A DNA stretch of 64,000 bases. It comes from Amphiscolops sp. MND2022 (Eukaryota). This document shows, in pieces, positions 63,152-64,000 of this stretch; positions within the stretch are counted from its first letter, which is position 1; the number at the start of each line of letters is the position of its first letter. The notes beneath the pieces were generated by a model. The model worked only from the letters and a program-made list of their open reading frames with translations, ran no database searches and was not told where the DNA came from. A program made the translations under genes and the position numbers. The stretch is taken from contig OZ076413.1 of NCBI GenBank assembly GCA_964187785.1, forward strand, positions 33,480,001 to 33,544,000, written 5' to 3'.

Positions 63152-64000
63152 TCAGGCCTTTTCATTGCCGGCCCTGTGTTTCTCTTGAAGAGGAACACAC
63201 CCAATCTCTTCAAACACACGGGACAACTTGACTGTAGGTTGAGAAACAACTCCCGACTGAGTAAGGATGTCACAAGATCGAATCTTACAATCGTTCCCGA
63301 AATGGCACTTTTTTACCCTTCCAAGGCGGTAAAAACCTCGTTTTTCCCGATCGTCCACAATCCACACCAGATCATGATCTTTCAATTGGGGACGTTCTTT
63401 GTATTAGTTATATCTGGGGTCTATGATGCAGCGGAAGGATTCTTTCAACCGTCTTGACCAGATGTTGCAATACTCGGCCGGCCCAAAAGGCAATGATTTT
63501 GCGTGAGTGCCTCCACGTCTGTTGGATCATTAGAATCAGGAATGAGAGAGCGTGCATTTAACAGTTGCTCCGTAAGACAAAGAATTGTAGCTAGAAGCTC
63601 ATCTGTAAGTCGTTGTCCATTCAGCACATGGTAGATGGTTTGTTTGCAGGTCTTCACCAACCGCTCCCAAGATACACCAAAAAGTGGGGCTGCGGCCGGG
63701 TTGAAATCCAAACGATCTTCTTTTGACGCTGTTTTTCCTGGAAGTTACTAGTTTGCCACGTTGATGTAAACTGCTTCAGTTCGTTGTTCGCACCAACAAA
63801 AATGGTTCCATTATCACTCCACATTGTCGATGGGTGGCCTCGTCTGGCTATAAATCGCGTTAATCCGCTCAGGCAAAAATCTGTATCTAGTCAATAAACC
63901 ATTTCGAGGTGAATAGCTCTCGATAAGCTGGTGAAAACACAAACCCATCTTTTCATGGTTTTTCTCATTTATTTTAACTCTATAGGTCCAAAGTAGTCAA
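63152..64000 (-). mobile_element. Second BEL/Pao remnant: integrase core and C-terminal domain, PPT and start of the 3' LTR near 63164
   Basis: DYFGPIEVK..KRWVCVF, FIARRGHPSTMWSDNGT, FNPAAAPLFGVSWERLVK, DLVWIVDD...RGFYRLGRV; GGGCCGGCAA then TG at 63164. Confidence 0.88.

Overview
AT-rich eukaryotic (probably invertebrate animal) DNA made almost entirely of decayed transposable elements. No intact host gene, rRNA, tRNA or CRISPR array could be supported. The main structure is two adjacent ~16 kb Ty3/Gypsy LTR retroelements on the minus strand (A 5551-21487, B 21894-~38168), plus the LTR of a third relative (C, 1-1718). The LTR bodies of A and B are unrelated, yet the two share one unusual architecture. 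(i) A gag N-terminal ORF starts inside the LTR and reads in frame through the LTR/PBS junction. (ii) They have the same PBS, TGGTGACAGGAG. (iii) gag-PR-RT-RH-IN is followed by 5.5-7 kb of cargo: an intron-containing antisense gene with a C-x2-C-x16-H-x5-H zinc finger and a weakly hAT-like body, head-to-head with a sense ORF that runs into the PPT/3' LTR. A and C are inserted at the same nucleotide (TG[A/T]GG) in two copies of one dispersed repeat. An empty copy of that repeat at ~42.6 kb lies next to a Polinton/Maverick-type DNA polymerase B remnant. The window also holds a DD37E Tc1-like transposon, two BEL/Pao remnants, a LINE RT remnant carrying a perfect 207-bp palindrome, MITEs, tandem duplications and a 200-N gap. 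All calls are by eye; boundaries of decayed ORFs are approximate and no database search was run.
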